Below are positions 37,601 to 47,029 of a stretch of DNA of 64,000 nucleotides, piece by piece. A program made the position numbers and the translations under genes. Origin of the DNA: Tubulanus polymorphus (Eukaryota > Animalia > Nemertea); NCBI RefSeq assembly GCF_964204645.1, contig NC_134036.1, positions 3,472,001 through 3,536,000 of the forward strand, written 5' to 3'. The notes under the pieces are model-generated. The model saw only the letters and a program-made list of their open reading frames with translations. It had not been told where the DNA came from and searched no databases. The stretch's first letter is position 1, and each line of letters starts with the position of its first letter.

Positions 37601-40600
37601 CGAGATGCTAATCGTCCTTTTTGGTCTGGGCACTTTCCGAAAAGTCATAGCTACACTTAGCAAGGTTCTTGAGAGTTTCGCAATTTCATTTTCCCAACCT
37701 TTTCCATATCCAGTCCGCACCCCTGAATTACCTATCACCAACCTAGAACAGGCGATGTAGGCCCAATCAAAATCAATAGTGCCAATTATCAATACCATCA
37801 ACAACGTGATTTCTGATTCTCCATACCTTTTCCATAGGTCTAGTAAAAAAGAAACAATTTTCAAGGAAAAAATCCCATCTCCCAAAGCTTTACATGACCA
37901 GTAAGAACCCTGACTTAAAGTGTTCTTGCTAATGGCGAGCTTTGATCCACTTATAAAGCCAATTGGTAAAGATAGGGCTTCGGCCGAACATACATAGGCC
38001 TGTCTATAGAGCTTCGCCTTGGACATATTGTACATTGTGAACTATTATTGACATAATAAGGCTTCCAAGTGTTTATTCCGGAAACTAAGTATTTACTATC
38101 GGTGTAGATATATTACATGCTACTACTTGAGATGACTATTAAACTATTGTTTACGCAGATGACCAGGAAAACACCGCAACAGGAAGAGGAAATAGGTGAT
38201 TTGTGACCGGAGATCGAAAAGGTAAATAAGGTCAACGAGGCGATAACACAGGCCCCGAAGTAGCATCATTTGAAATAGCGCTATTGTCACTGGAAAACCT
38301 ATCAACAATGGAAACGAGTTATTGCTTAATAGTCTATAACACCCGGGGATCTTCTGTGGACGTTTAAACTTCATGAAATATTTCGACCTACCTTTATAAT
38401 GATATAAGTTATCCATATTTGTCGGACCATTTTTACCAGGAACAGCGTTGTACATCTGTAGATAATAGAGAATAAAGTATTAGATGTGAAACCATCGAAA
38501 AACAGGCACCAGTTGCACAGTTGTGAGTTAAGAGTTAACATCGGTTCATTTTCAACGAGTTGAATCAAATGTTAACTCACAACTGCGGGACTGGGCCCAG
38601 ATGATTGTATTCAGATAGTGGACGGTGTACAGGTAAGTCGTTTAGCTCATGGCTAAGTCATCAAGTTAACAGGCTGGTAAGGAGACAATAGGTAAGTCAG
38701 TAAGCTCATAGACTGGTAAGTCCAGAGTTCACACGTTCAACTCAATAAAGAGTTTTGTCATGAGTTTGATGGTAAACCACATTTTCTCAATGGTAAGTAG
38801 GGAGTCCACATGTTTAGTGAAAATGTTTCCAGGTATATTAACGTTTATCGGTAAGTCATGACTTTAAAGGTAAGTCATTAAGCTCACACCGGTGCTCATT
38901 GAGTTCACGAGTTTAGTAAATCAAGTTTTCAGTAACGTCAATATTTACAGGTAGGTCACGAGTCTGGAGGCGAATCAGCGAGGAGTTCGTAGAAGTCACC
39001 ACGAAAGCCGAAACCTCGCCGCATCAATCTTACGTAAATAACGACGGTATAATTGTAACCGATAGCGACGACTACAATGCGCCGCACTCGTCAACAAAAG
39101 AGACGCGATCGGTCCTCAATCATCGGTGGTGCGTCCCGTCCCGGGTGGTTTATTACGGGTAGAACCCGGTCGTGTTCGCGTTAAATGTCCGCTAATTAAC
39201 CGACGAACGCTTGCGTCTTAAACGATTATTAACAACGACTCTCGAATGGCAAGAGTTAATCACCAGCGGTAACGGAGACAACAATGAAAGTCGTTACGAC
39301 GACGACGACGAATTCCACGACGAACCGCACGTGATCCTCGGAGAATTCCTTTTCCAGGAGAAAAAGTCCTAAAATACCTCATTTCTCAGGGTCAGCTTTA
39401 AAGCTCAGCTGAAAATTTTTCCAGATGAGCTTTTAAGATGACCCGGTCGGCCGCCTATCTACCCTATACATCAAATCATGATCAAGCTAACAATAACAGA
39501 CCCGGCAGTTATAGAAATGAACTGATTGAAAATTTTGATGCAGTTTACAAAATGACCCGGCCGATTAGGAGAAACAAGGAATAATTTTTTCTTAGCCGAA
39601 TTTCAAAATCTTTTACTTTTTATAGAGTAACCACAAGGAATCCAACTCTATTTACACAGTCAAATACGCAAACTGCCCGACTTTTCCCGAAGCCTTGCTC
39701 TAAAACCGGTTATATCCTGGGCCCAGTTGTACAGTCGTGACTTAAGTCCGAAAGTCGTCTTAAATCTTAAGACTGGTCCTAAGTTGTTAGATTGGCTATA
39801 GAACTAAGTTGGTCTTAGACTGGTCTTAAGTCTAAGCCACGACTATGCAACCGGCCCCTGGACATAACCTAGAACTTTTAAGCCAACTCGAGCCGCAGCC
39901 TTTTTTAAAGAACTATCGAATGAACACATCCATAACATTGACGCACGCGCGCGCTTGCACCCATACATACACTGCCGATCAAATATGTTAGGATGATATT
40001 TAGGTCACGAATCTCGCTCGGTCTATCGAGTTGCAATCAATCATTATTATCGTAATAAATATGCGACCCTGGGTTTTGGGTATTTGATGACCGCGGCACG
40101 ATACGAACACCCTGTAACCAACCAACACTTCGGGCAGATCGATACAACGAATTGTCACCCCACGTTGTCGTGAGGAAAATTACTTCAGATAACAGAGTAG
40201 ACCTGGAAGACTTGAAAATTTGTATGAGCACTTAATTTGAGAAGGGCAGATTTGAAAATGCCATAGCCACAAGGGTGGACATAGGTGGGGTATCCAGTAC
40301 CCTAGAACAGAATATTTAGGACAAAGACTGAGGGGTGTTTCTGGCTCTTATCTGGGCCTATTTGGATTTCGTATTTTGGAGATTGTCTAGTTGCAAAAAG
40401 CAATTCCTGAATTCCCTAAGTGTACTGCCTGTATCCTCGAAGTCTGATTCCCAGGGTTGCAACGGGACCACTATTTCTAAATGTAGGCGAATTTGAGGGG
40501 CTTTGAAGGTAATTGGAGAAATTTGAGAACTATGAGCTTCCAGTAACCGTTTCTAAACTGCTGGATGGATAGATACAAGGACTAACCTAGGATTGTTTGA

Positions 40601-41776
40601 AGGGGTGGACCCTAGAATTGAATTGGAAATAGGCAGACATATCAAGCAGATGCCGCAGATCATCATGGGGGGGGGGGGTCATACCCCTATCCCCTATTCT
40701 CTGAGTCCGATACCTGTATCATGTAAGTCAGATACCCCTATTCGCTAAACTTGATACCTGTATCCGGTATTTTCAATAGCCCGCGTATTGTCTGATCGCA
40801 TGTTCAAGCTCATTTACAGTCCGATGTTTAAGTACACTAGTACAGACTTACGGTCGTCGTCGTAATCGTCTTTTGAAGCACGCCATTAAGTCACTATCGG
40901 TGACACCGAGTTTCCTGAAATTACGCGACGACGTACGTACGTCTCGTACGACAATAAAATCATCGCTGCGCCGTGTTCACGAATTATTTATCACATGATT
41001 GTCACTCTCTTTCGACTATGATTGCCTGGTGTCATCAGCGTGCCGACAATAACCTCCTTGAATCAGGTGTGTTCATATAGATATAGATATCTTACCGATC
41101 AAAGAATCCAAATCTACCCCACGTGTCCCTGATTCTCAAAATTCCCTAATTGAATCATAAGATATCCGCAGTGGGGGTTGTTTCTTATTTCGATAATCAA
41201 GAGGTTCCCTCCCTGTGCCACTCGTCACCACCAAGATTGAGCGAGACCCCAAAAATTTCGAATTCATAAGTTATCCTCAGTGAGGGCCGTTTCTTATCGG
41301 GCAGTTCCTTGTGTCACTCGGGGACCGGTCACACTACACTCACCTGTCCGAGATTATTACGGGAATCGGTGAAATCTGATTTTGGTCCTCCACCGATCAC
41401 AGCGGCCATCTGGAGAAAAAAGAAAACAGAAACTGAAACATTTCAAAAATATCGCAACGAACGGCAGCCTGTCTTCTTTACCAACACCAGGGGCAGCAGT
41501 CGCTCAATAGTTGTTTCAACAAAACCGGCGGATAGTAGACGCGATGAACTTTTTTATAGTCACTTTGTCAACTATCCACAGGTTTAACTCTAACCAACAG
41601 GCCGCTGACATCAGACAGTTTATCAGCGAGCTTTCAAAGAGGACCTCGCACTGTGAGGACGACGAGAGTCTGTGTAGGATACCGATTGATACACCTGCGT
41701 ACGTACAGACAACGCGAACACTTACCGCGCTGAAATCGAGGAGGTCACTGAGCTCTTTGTCGGTTGCTACATTCAT
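10564..41776 (-). CDS. TCF12: E-protein (class I bHLH; TCF12/TCF4/TCF3/daughterless orthologue), spliced N-terminal half; gene continues beyond the window start
   Basis: Exons 41776-41726, 38455-38392, 16152-16097, 14957-14858, 14706-14642, 12639-12513 and 10619-10564 join in frame with AG/GT sites and intron phases 0,1,0,1,0,1,0. Product: MNVATDKELSDLLDFSA-MYNAVPGKNGPTNMDNLYHYKG-VDNNWNTNNDANSNYDRG-MYNGVSGPPPPNSGYPVSDNLHPFVTNDMPNLIS-KSSDPFSRSYPHSRDAPINSQ-PQNLIGSSVPMSPDSLSPAGKPGSPYYHSSYPNKRPGDESTRG-RGGKYQSSAPKRRKGSGS. Motifs and exon order match vertebrate TCF4/TCF12 N-termini as I recall them. The symbol denotes the family, not a specific paralogue. Confidence 0.9.
12295..12345 (+). ncRNA. 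Degenerate minimal type I hammerhead-ribozyme-like motif (Penelope-type relic)
   Basis: CCGAAGA (CUGAnGA core with U>C) + stem II TGACT..AGTCG + GAAAC-GTC with a palindromic short stem III; stem I is weak. Confidence 0.4.
12513..12639 (-). CDS. TCF12: E-protein coding exon (PQNLIGSSVPMSPDSLSPAGKPGSPYYHSSYPNKRPGDESTR-G)
   Basis: ctatttttcag acceptor; G|gtaagt donor; 127 nt, phase 0-1; LSP..KPGS.YY motif as in TCF4/TCF12. Confidence 0.92.
12750..13080 (+). repeat. tRNA-related 50-bp tandem family, copy 1
   Basis: Units GGAACGTGGCAGAGTCTC..ATGCCATCAGGTTCRAATCC; B-box-like motifs at 12953, 13004 and 13055. Confidence 0.75.
14642..14706 (-). CDS. TCF12: E-protein coding exon (S-KSSDPFSRSYPHSRDAPINSQ)
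   Basis: ttttttcttcatag acceptor; CAG|gttagt donor; 65 nt, phase 1-0; the K..Y.R(D/E)...Q pattern resembles the matching TCF4/TCF12 exon. Confidence 0.85.
14858..14957 (-). CDS. TCF12: E-protein coding exon (MYNGVSGPPPPNSGYPVSDNLHPFVTNDMPNLI-S)
   Basis: tttcctatatttcag acceptor; A|gtaagt donor; 100 nt, phase 0-1; DNLHPFV resembles TCF4 DNLSPPFV. Confidence 0.88.
15516..15674 (+). mobile_element. MITE, PIF/Harbinger-like (CAG target duplication)
   Basis: TIRs GGCCCGGTTTCATAGA and TCTATGAAACCGAGCC flanked by CAG; partial inverse copy at about 12050-12150. Confidence 0.75.
15859..15996 (+). mobile_element. MITE, PIF/Harbinger-like (CTG target duplication)
   Basis: TIRs GGGCCGGTTGCATAGTC and GACTGTGCAACTGGCCC with CTG on both sides; near-identical inverse copy at 39720-39857; degenerate pieces near 26400-26665, 32310-32370 and 42670-42710. 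Confidence 0.8.
16097..16152 (-). CDS. TCF12: E-protein coding exon (G-VDNNWNTNNDANSNYDRG)
   Basis: tctctctcgttgcag acceptor; GGG|gtaagt donor; 56 nt, phase 1-0; frame-compatible with both neighbours. Confidence 0.8.
18728..18946. repeat. About 49-bp tandem repeat (4-5 units)
   Basis: Unit TCAGTCCTCAGAGGACCCTCCTGAAGAGGTCTCCTACTAGGCACAGATC. Confidence 0.9.
21578..21770. promoter_or_regulatory. E-box cluster, putative intronic enhancer
   Basis: CACCTG at 21647, 21661, 21703 and 21762 plus CATCTG at 21582, all within 190 bp and in one orientation. Confidence 0.45.
22155..22500. repeat. Second copy of the 56-bp tandem family (about 5 units) with AGGGCTGCCAACC head
   Basis: Same unit and orientation as the array at 318-715. 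Confidence 0.88.
23135..23903. repeat. 20-bp minisatellite with higher-order structure
   Basis: Variants GGTATAGGTAATGCTGGGAA, GGTTAAGGTAACCCTGGTAA and GGTATAGGTAACCCAGGGAA alternate over about 770 bp. Confidence 0.92.
24541..25105. repeat. 60-bp tandem array (about 9 units); dispersed inverse fragments at about 7170-7230 and 11070-11220
   Basis: Unit TTGAAGTTATCGAGAATGAGAAGGTCGTCATTAGTAACTAATCATAATTTTACTGAAT.. Confidence 0.92.
28162..28196. promoter_or_regulatory. Perfect RFX X-box flanked by two E-boxes
   Basis: Palindrome GTTACCATGGTAAC (28173-28186) between CAGCTG (28162) and CAGATG (28191). Confidence 0.45.
30640..31075 (-). repeat. tRNA-related 50-bp tandem family, copy 2 (about 8 homogeneous units)
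   Basis: Plus-strand unit GGCATCGTGAGACTCTGCCATGTTCCTCCATCGCAGGAATTGTACCTGAT, the reverse complement of the 12.8-kb units. Confidence 0.9.
32498..32796. mobile_element. MITE-like element with AGCCGCGATC termini; related 3' fragment near 17095-17165
   Basis: Inverted ends AGCCGCGATC and GATCGCGGCT, with an inner TTTTGCC/GGCAAAA pair. Confidence 0.55.
34399..34693 (+). mobile_element. Abundant hAT-like MITE family (CAGGGTGG.CACT TIRs); other copies at about 3690-3920, 7975-8225, 17840-17975, 31600-31740, 43185-43315 and 45170-45440
   Basis: Termini CAGGGCGGTCACT and AGTGACCACCCTG; shared core TTTCCCTGACTT...CTGCTAAGAATCCGATCAATTAACGCAGT in most copies. Confidence 0.78.
35177..35566 (+). mobile_element. 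Dispersed repeat family of about 390 bp; copies at about 4380-4640, 10670-11070, 19770-20110, 29840-29970 and 47590-47965
   Basis: Shared blocks CTACAGATCAGTCATTC, CCTAAATCGGTACTGTTTAT, CCGCCTAATCGGG.AAAAACAAATCCTGGTCCCAACTGT and GGAATCAAGGAG.CGTAGGGA.CC; CCCTAC/GTAGGG ends suggest short TIRs. Confidence 0.75.
36120..36340. repeat. Degenerate 55-60-bp tandem repeat
   Basis: GACTCGAGCGGAGTCTACT...CATCCAACT..GATATCGCT recurs about 4 times. Confidence 0.65.
38392..38455 (-). CDS. TCF12: E-protein coding exon (MYNAVPGKNGPTNMDNLYHYK-G)
   Basis: ttctctattatctacag acceptor; AAAG|gtaggt donor; 64 nt, phase 0-1; GKNGPT matches the TCF4 segment that follows AD1. Confidence 0.88.
38506..38597. mobile_element. 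Short hairpin MITE (CAG target duplication), 50 bp from an E-protein exon acceptor
   Basis: Inverted arms CCAGTTGCACAGTTGTGAGTTAA and TTAACTCACAACTGCGGGACTGG; CAG on both sides. Confidence 0.65.
39720..39857 (-). mobile_element. MITE, same family as 15859-15996
   Basis: Reverse-complement match to the 15859 copy; CTG at 39717-39719 and 39858-39860. Confidence 0.8.
41344..41409 (-). CDS. Candidate in-frame cassette exon of the E-protein gene (MAAVIGGGPKSDFTDSRNNLGQ)
   Basis: Strong acceptor (ttttcttttttctccag) and donor (CAG|gtgagt); 66 nt, phase 0-0, no stop codon; no recognised homology. Confidence 0.55.
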
Positions 41777-41798
41777 TATTTCACCACCCCCAGCAACC
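41726..41798 (-). CDS. TCF12: E-protein first coding exon, AD1 activation domain (ATG at 41776)
   Basis: ttttcag acceptor before 41798; encodes MNVATDKELSDLLDFSA, the hallmark E-protein AD1 LDFS motif; donor GCG|gtaagt, phase 0. Confidence 0.95.
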
Positions 41799-44029
41799 CT
41801 GAAAATACAGATAAAATACGAGAATATAACGCATAAGTAATCATGAACGCACACGACAATATCAAAGTAATTAACAAAATGGCCGTTATCTTATTCGCGT
41901 AAGTACATGCATAGTTAACATTTATCCGCAGGGCTATTAGAAGTAACCTATCTATTAATATTTAAACAACGCACACAGGCGTATATATACACCTAGCCTA
42001 CGTAGCAAGACGGCTCGCCGGAGCCAACGAGCGAGCGATCCATCATCGAGAGGATAGAGAAGAAAGAGATAGATGGTCGCTCGGAGGCGGAGCGCGCGCG
42101 CGCGAGTATCGTTTTAACGCGGCGGCCATGTTTTTGTTTCTCGTGCTCGAAATAAACAGCGACTCCACACCCCCTAAAGCTGTAACGTTGAATGAAGTGA
42201 TCTATATACATCGCACGCACATACACGCACAGCACTGATTCATATACTCATATACTATATCGCAGTGGTGGTGGTACCTGAAGCGCTCTCAGGGGCCGGT
42301 TACTCGTAAAACCAGTCCGCGCGCATCATCTCGCGTTTCTACTATTAGATAACTATTGCGAACGAAAATCTACTTTAAATTTCTAAACAGATCGGATCCC
42401 ATATTTTCTCGAAAGAAAAAGAATCTTAGTTGCTCCTCGAAAAATTAGCTATTAAAAATTGCGGAATTCTTTAAGAGAATTAGAATAGATGAGTTAACTG
42501 GATGAGTTTACTCATCGCGCATTTCGATATCATTATGAATAAATACACCGGTACATTATAGGTGAGTTATAATACGTGGAATTTAAAAGGTTGGCATCGG
42601 ATGAGTTGAGTTTACAGTCTGTATAAATGTCGTAATCATGTTGTAGGCAGGCGGGTTCCGCGCATGAAACTTAAGTCCGCGGTCTTAAAGTCTTAGGACC
42701 GGTCTTAAACGAGTAATAGCTCGTCGATATATAATTAAGATTGACCGCGGAACATGAGTTTACCGACGCGGTATGTACGGATACCTATACAGGATGACGA
42801 CTTTTAAACAATATAAGCGCGCACAGATGCCGACGACGACTTTGTCGCCAAGATTTTCCCTCCAAGCCGCATCGAGAATAACGTCGAATAGGACGCGCTG
42901 TGCGTTGAATGCAAGCGGCGCTTAATCGATCGCGCCTGGCGACTGCTGTTACTCGGTATCGAGATTTCCGTGGGAATTTACCGATCGGCCCGCAGCTGAC
43001 GAACAACGCACGACGACGACGATATATACCATCCTTATCCTTCAGCGCCCGTTGCCGTCGTCCTCGTCGCACGATACAAACATGGCTGCCTTCATAACGT
43101 ACACTATGACATCATCGAATTCAAGGGCTAATGTAGACACTTCATACAAGATGGATTAAACAGAGTGAGCGCTGTTATTGGACTCGCTTTTCCCCAACTA
43201 TTCCCTGACACGCACACGTTTTCCCTGAACTATGTTACAACAGTTCATGAGAAATCCCTGACTTTTTCAATGAAAAGAAAGTTCCCAGAGATTTTTAGGT
43301 AAGCGGTGCCACCCTGTTAATGGCACTTCCCGGATGAGATGGCCACCATCCCCCGTGACACCATTTTCGCAAGAAGACTACCTCCTTAACATCCTCCTTT
43401 CATAGCTGTGTTCCATAGATCAAATCTCTGGCAGGCAGTTTGATGATGTCATTAGGGGATCTGGGAGGCGGCCATCTTTTATAGAATGGTTGGGATCAGG
43501 AGACACGGGTGGTATCCTCGGAAAATCTAAACAAAACTGTAAAAACTACGAACTGATTATCTACAAGTATAGATGGCGACACCGGCGAGGTCAATGCCCC
43601 TATCGCCGAAAGGTTCCCTAAAGCGCAGACCCAAACCCGATATATCGATGATTGAAAATAAACAAGAAAAAAAACCTCAGGGAATTTAACTTTACTGGCG
43701 ACATCACCGAGAGAATGATTATCGATAAAAGAATAGCATCGAAATATAATTCATCATCATCATCATCGTCGTCGTCATCATCATCATCATCGCAATTTCT
43801 TGGCGGTTGATTTTTCGTAAAAGAACTCGATGAACACATGTTCGATTCCCACACACACACATATCTGCTACTGAATATCATCGGCTACGAAAAACATTAC
43901 GTCGAAGATGACATTCAACTTGTTTTGATGTCCGCCCACCCTCCTTCCTCGACGGCATTAGGAGACTCGACCTCGTAAGATTTCGACCTTGGTGGCGCTG
44001 TAGTAAAACTCTTACACATTCCTCCCCCA

Positions 44030-44315
44030 TTGGCTTTGAACCTGATGGCATCGCGAGACCCTGCCAAGTTCTTCCCTAGCAGGGATTTAAGCCTGATGGC
44101 ATCATGAGACCCTGCCAAGTTCTTCCCTAGCAGGGATTCAAACCTCATGGCATCCTGAGACCCTGCCAAGTTCTTCCCTAGCAGGGATTCAAACCTCATG
44201 TAGCAGGGATTTAAGCCTGATGGCAATGCCAGACTCGACCTTAAAAGATTTTGCCTCCTTGGTGGCGATCACAAGATCCAACGACGTTCCTCCATCGCGG
44301 AGATTTGAACCTGAT
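44030..44315 (-). repeat. tRNA-related 50-bp tandem family, copy 3 (also a solo unit at about 48424-48460)
   Basis: Units CCTGATGGCATCGCGAGACCCTGCCAAGTTCTTCCCTAGCAGGGATT; the solo unit carries GGATTCGAACC at 48438-48448. Confidence 0.8.
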
Positions 44316-46591
44316 ACGACCCTATGAAATCCCCCACCTTATTCAGGACTAGCCGCATACACTATGAGAATGAGAGGCTACAGGAAATATGACAAAAGGA
44401 ACAGTAAATGCAACTAGCGAACTGTCAACAACAACATCTGTACGTGACACATCAATTGGGCAGCGAATTACGCGATGGACACTGTAGAGAATGGATAGGC
44501 ATGGTCAAACTACGCACACCAAAACTAAGCTAGAATTTGGATTGCATAGAGATGACTCCGGGACAACATATGAAGTTGACCGACACTACCTACAATACTT
44601 CCACATCCAGTCCAGGTCTTTCACTTCCTAATAGATAACTAACTACCAAATAGATTTTTCACTGATCAATTTACTCTTGAAGGGATGGTCACGATAGCCC
44701 GCAATGAACAATAACCAATGCCCCGATAGGTGGTGCCAAGCGGACTAGGCAGGTCAGTGAATTGTATATTTCATCACCTATATCTCAAGAAACTTAGTAG
44801 TTACGAACGAAGACACCATGCACCGCGGCCTATACCGACGAGTAGTAGTATATGGAGTTCGCGTAGAATTCGCGAGGAATCGTCGAATAATTCAATAAAT
44901 CCGAGGAATCCATTTCGACAACATATAAAACAAGCATATCTGCCGGCTAATCGCGATATCATAATATTACCGCAACGCATACCTTCACCAGGGGGAGAGA
45001 ACCTACATTAACTACCGCTACATTACCAGTCGCTTCGGTACGATATACACTCGATACTCGAGCCCGGTCTACAGCAACATGCTGCAGGCTTATATAGACC
45101 GCGTCTTACATGGATGGATATATGGATGACCTTATGTAGACTGACCATTAGCAAACTCAGCACCTTAATCAGGACGGGCATTTTTGTGACTCGCTTTTTC
45201 CCCAGTTTTTCCCCGACTATTACCTTGCTTACCCTGACTTGATCCGCTAAGGATCGGATCAATTAACACAGTCAAATATGTAAGACACTTGATTAAAAGC
45301 GCGATCTAGCAATCTCAACACATTTCCCTGATCTTATTTTTTAGCTCCGATTTCGACTTCTTTACAAAATTCTTTGGCTCGTGTATGAAAAAAGCAAATT
45401 TCCCGACTTGACCCCCCCCCCTGATATCCAGGTAAGCGCCCGCTGATTGTGTCGAGAAAAACCTATACGAACGAATCCAAAATCAATCACACGAGTTACC
45501 ACGATGAATCGGTTTTTTTTTCAACGCGGCTAAATCAAATCATATCAACAATACATCGACGACGATGACTGCGATAATAACATAACAACTGACGGTGATA
45601 ACAACATAACTGCACACAAAGTATTCTATTACACATTATAATACACCATAACATATACACTGACACATACACACACATACGAAACCCTCAGAGATTGAAG
45701 GTTTCGATAGATAGATAGAGCGATAGGATGGAAAAATTATCACAACATATCGAAGCATTAGATCTTATCAGCAGCGGGCGGCAAGCGAGAGCGCGCTCTT
45801 CAGATATCACCAGTACATCAATTAATATCAACAGCTCTATTACGGCACGACTTATCTTAAAACTATATCTTCGGCGCACTTCTTTACTGAAACTGCCGCG
45901 AGCGCGGGCGCCTCGGAGGAGAGAGACGCGCGGAGAGCGAATGCTGTCAGTCTTATACACTTCACAATCATCTATTACAGTCAATATTTAACCTTATTTC
46001 GTCCACTTTCCTATAAACAAGTTAATTATAGGCCGAACCAATTTGTCAACGACGACGACGACGACTGCTGAAAGGCCGAATCGAGCGAGAAATCTGTTTC
46101 TTCGAAATACGACAGTAAAAGTGATGGCGAAATCGTCAACGAGCGGATCAAACTCTTCACATTCGCAAGATTTTATCAACATTCTTATAAACCTTTCGTC
46201 GACCACACTTCACATGCGATTATTGCTAAAACAGCAATATTTCTAATCGAAAACGAACTACTAACAACAGATATCAGACATTTTATCAGCGCATTTTCAA
46301 AAACTGATCGTCCACGCTGCACGCGTGTTCAGCGCTTCGCCCGAGACATTTCGTATTGAAATTCAGGAAATATCGTGAAATATCTAAATAAGTAACACTA
46401 ACAAAGCAAACAAGCATCACAGCTACACGAAAATCATAAATTTCGCGCAAGAATTCCCGACATGGACGCGGCTTGAAGTATGGCCAGACTGAAAAGATAC
46501 GAAAATCCACCTACGAATTTTTGTCACAGTCAAACATCAGAGTTTAAACAGACATATGTAATATACAGATAAAAACACAGCTGAAGCGATC

Positions 46592-46633
46592 GAGAGAGAG
46601 AGAGGGAGAGGGGGAGAGAGAGAGAGAAAGGGA

Positions 46634-46695
<62 letters not shown>

Positions 46696-46773
46696 GAGAG
46701 AGAGAGAGGGAGAGAGAGCGAGAGAGAGAAAGGGAGAGAGCGAGAGAGAGAGAGCGAGAGAGAGAGAGCGAGC

Positions 46774-46807
<34 letters not shown>

Positions 46808-46953
46808 GGGGAGAGAGAGAGAAAGGGAGAGAGAGAGAGAGAGAAAGGGAGAGAGAGAAAGGGAGAGAGAGAGAGAGAGAGAAAGGGAGAGAGCGAGAGA
46901 GAGAGAGAGGGAGAGAGGGAGAGAGAGAGGGAGAGAGAGAGCGAGAGAGAGAG

Positions 46954-47025
<72 letters not shown>
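46592..47025. repeat. Long interrupted (GA)n microsatellite
   Basis: About 430 bp of GA with GAAAGG, GAGG and GAGC interruptions. Confidence 0.97.
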
Positions 47026-47029
<4 letters not shown>

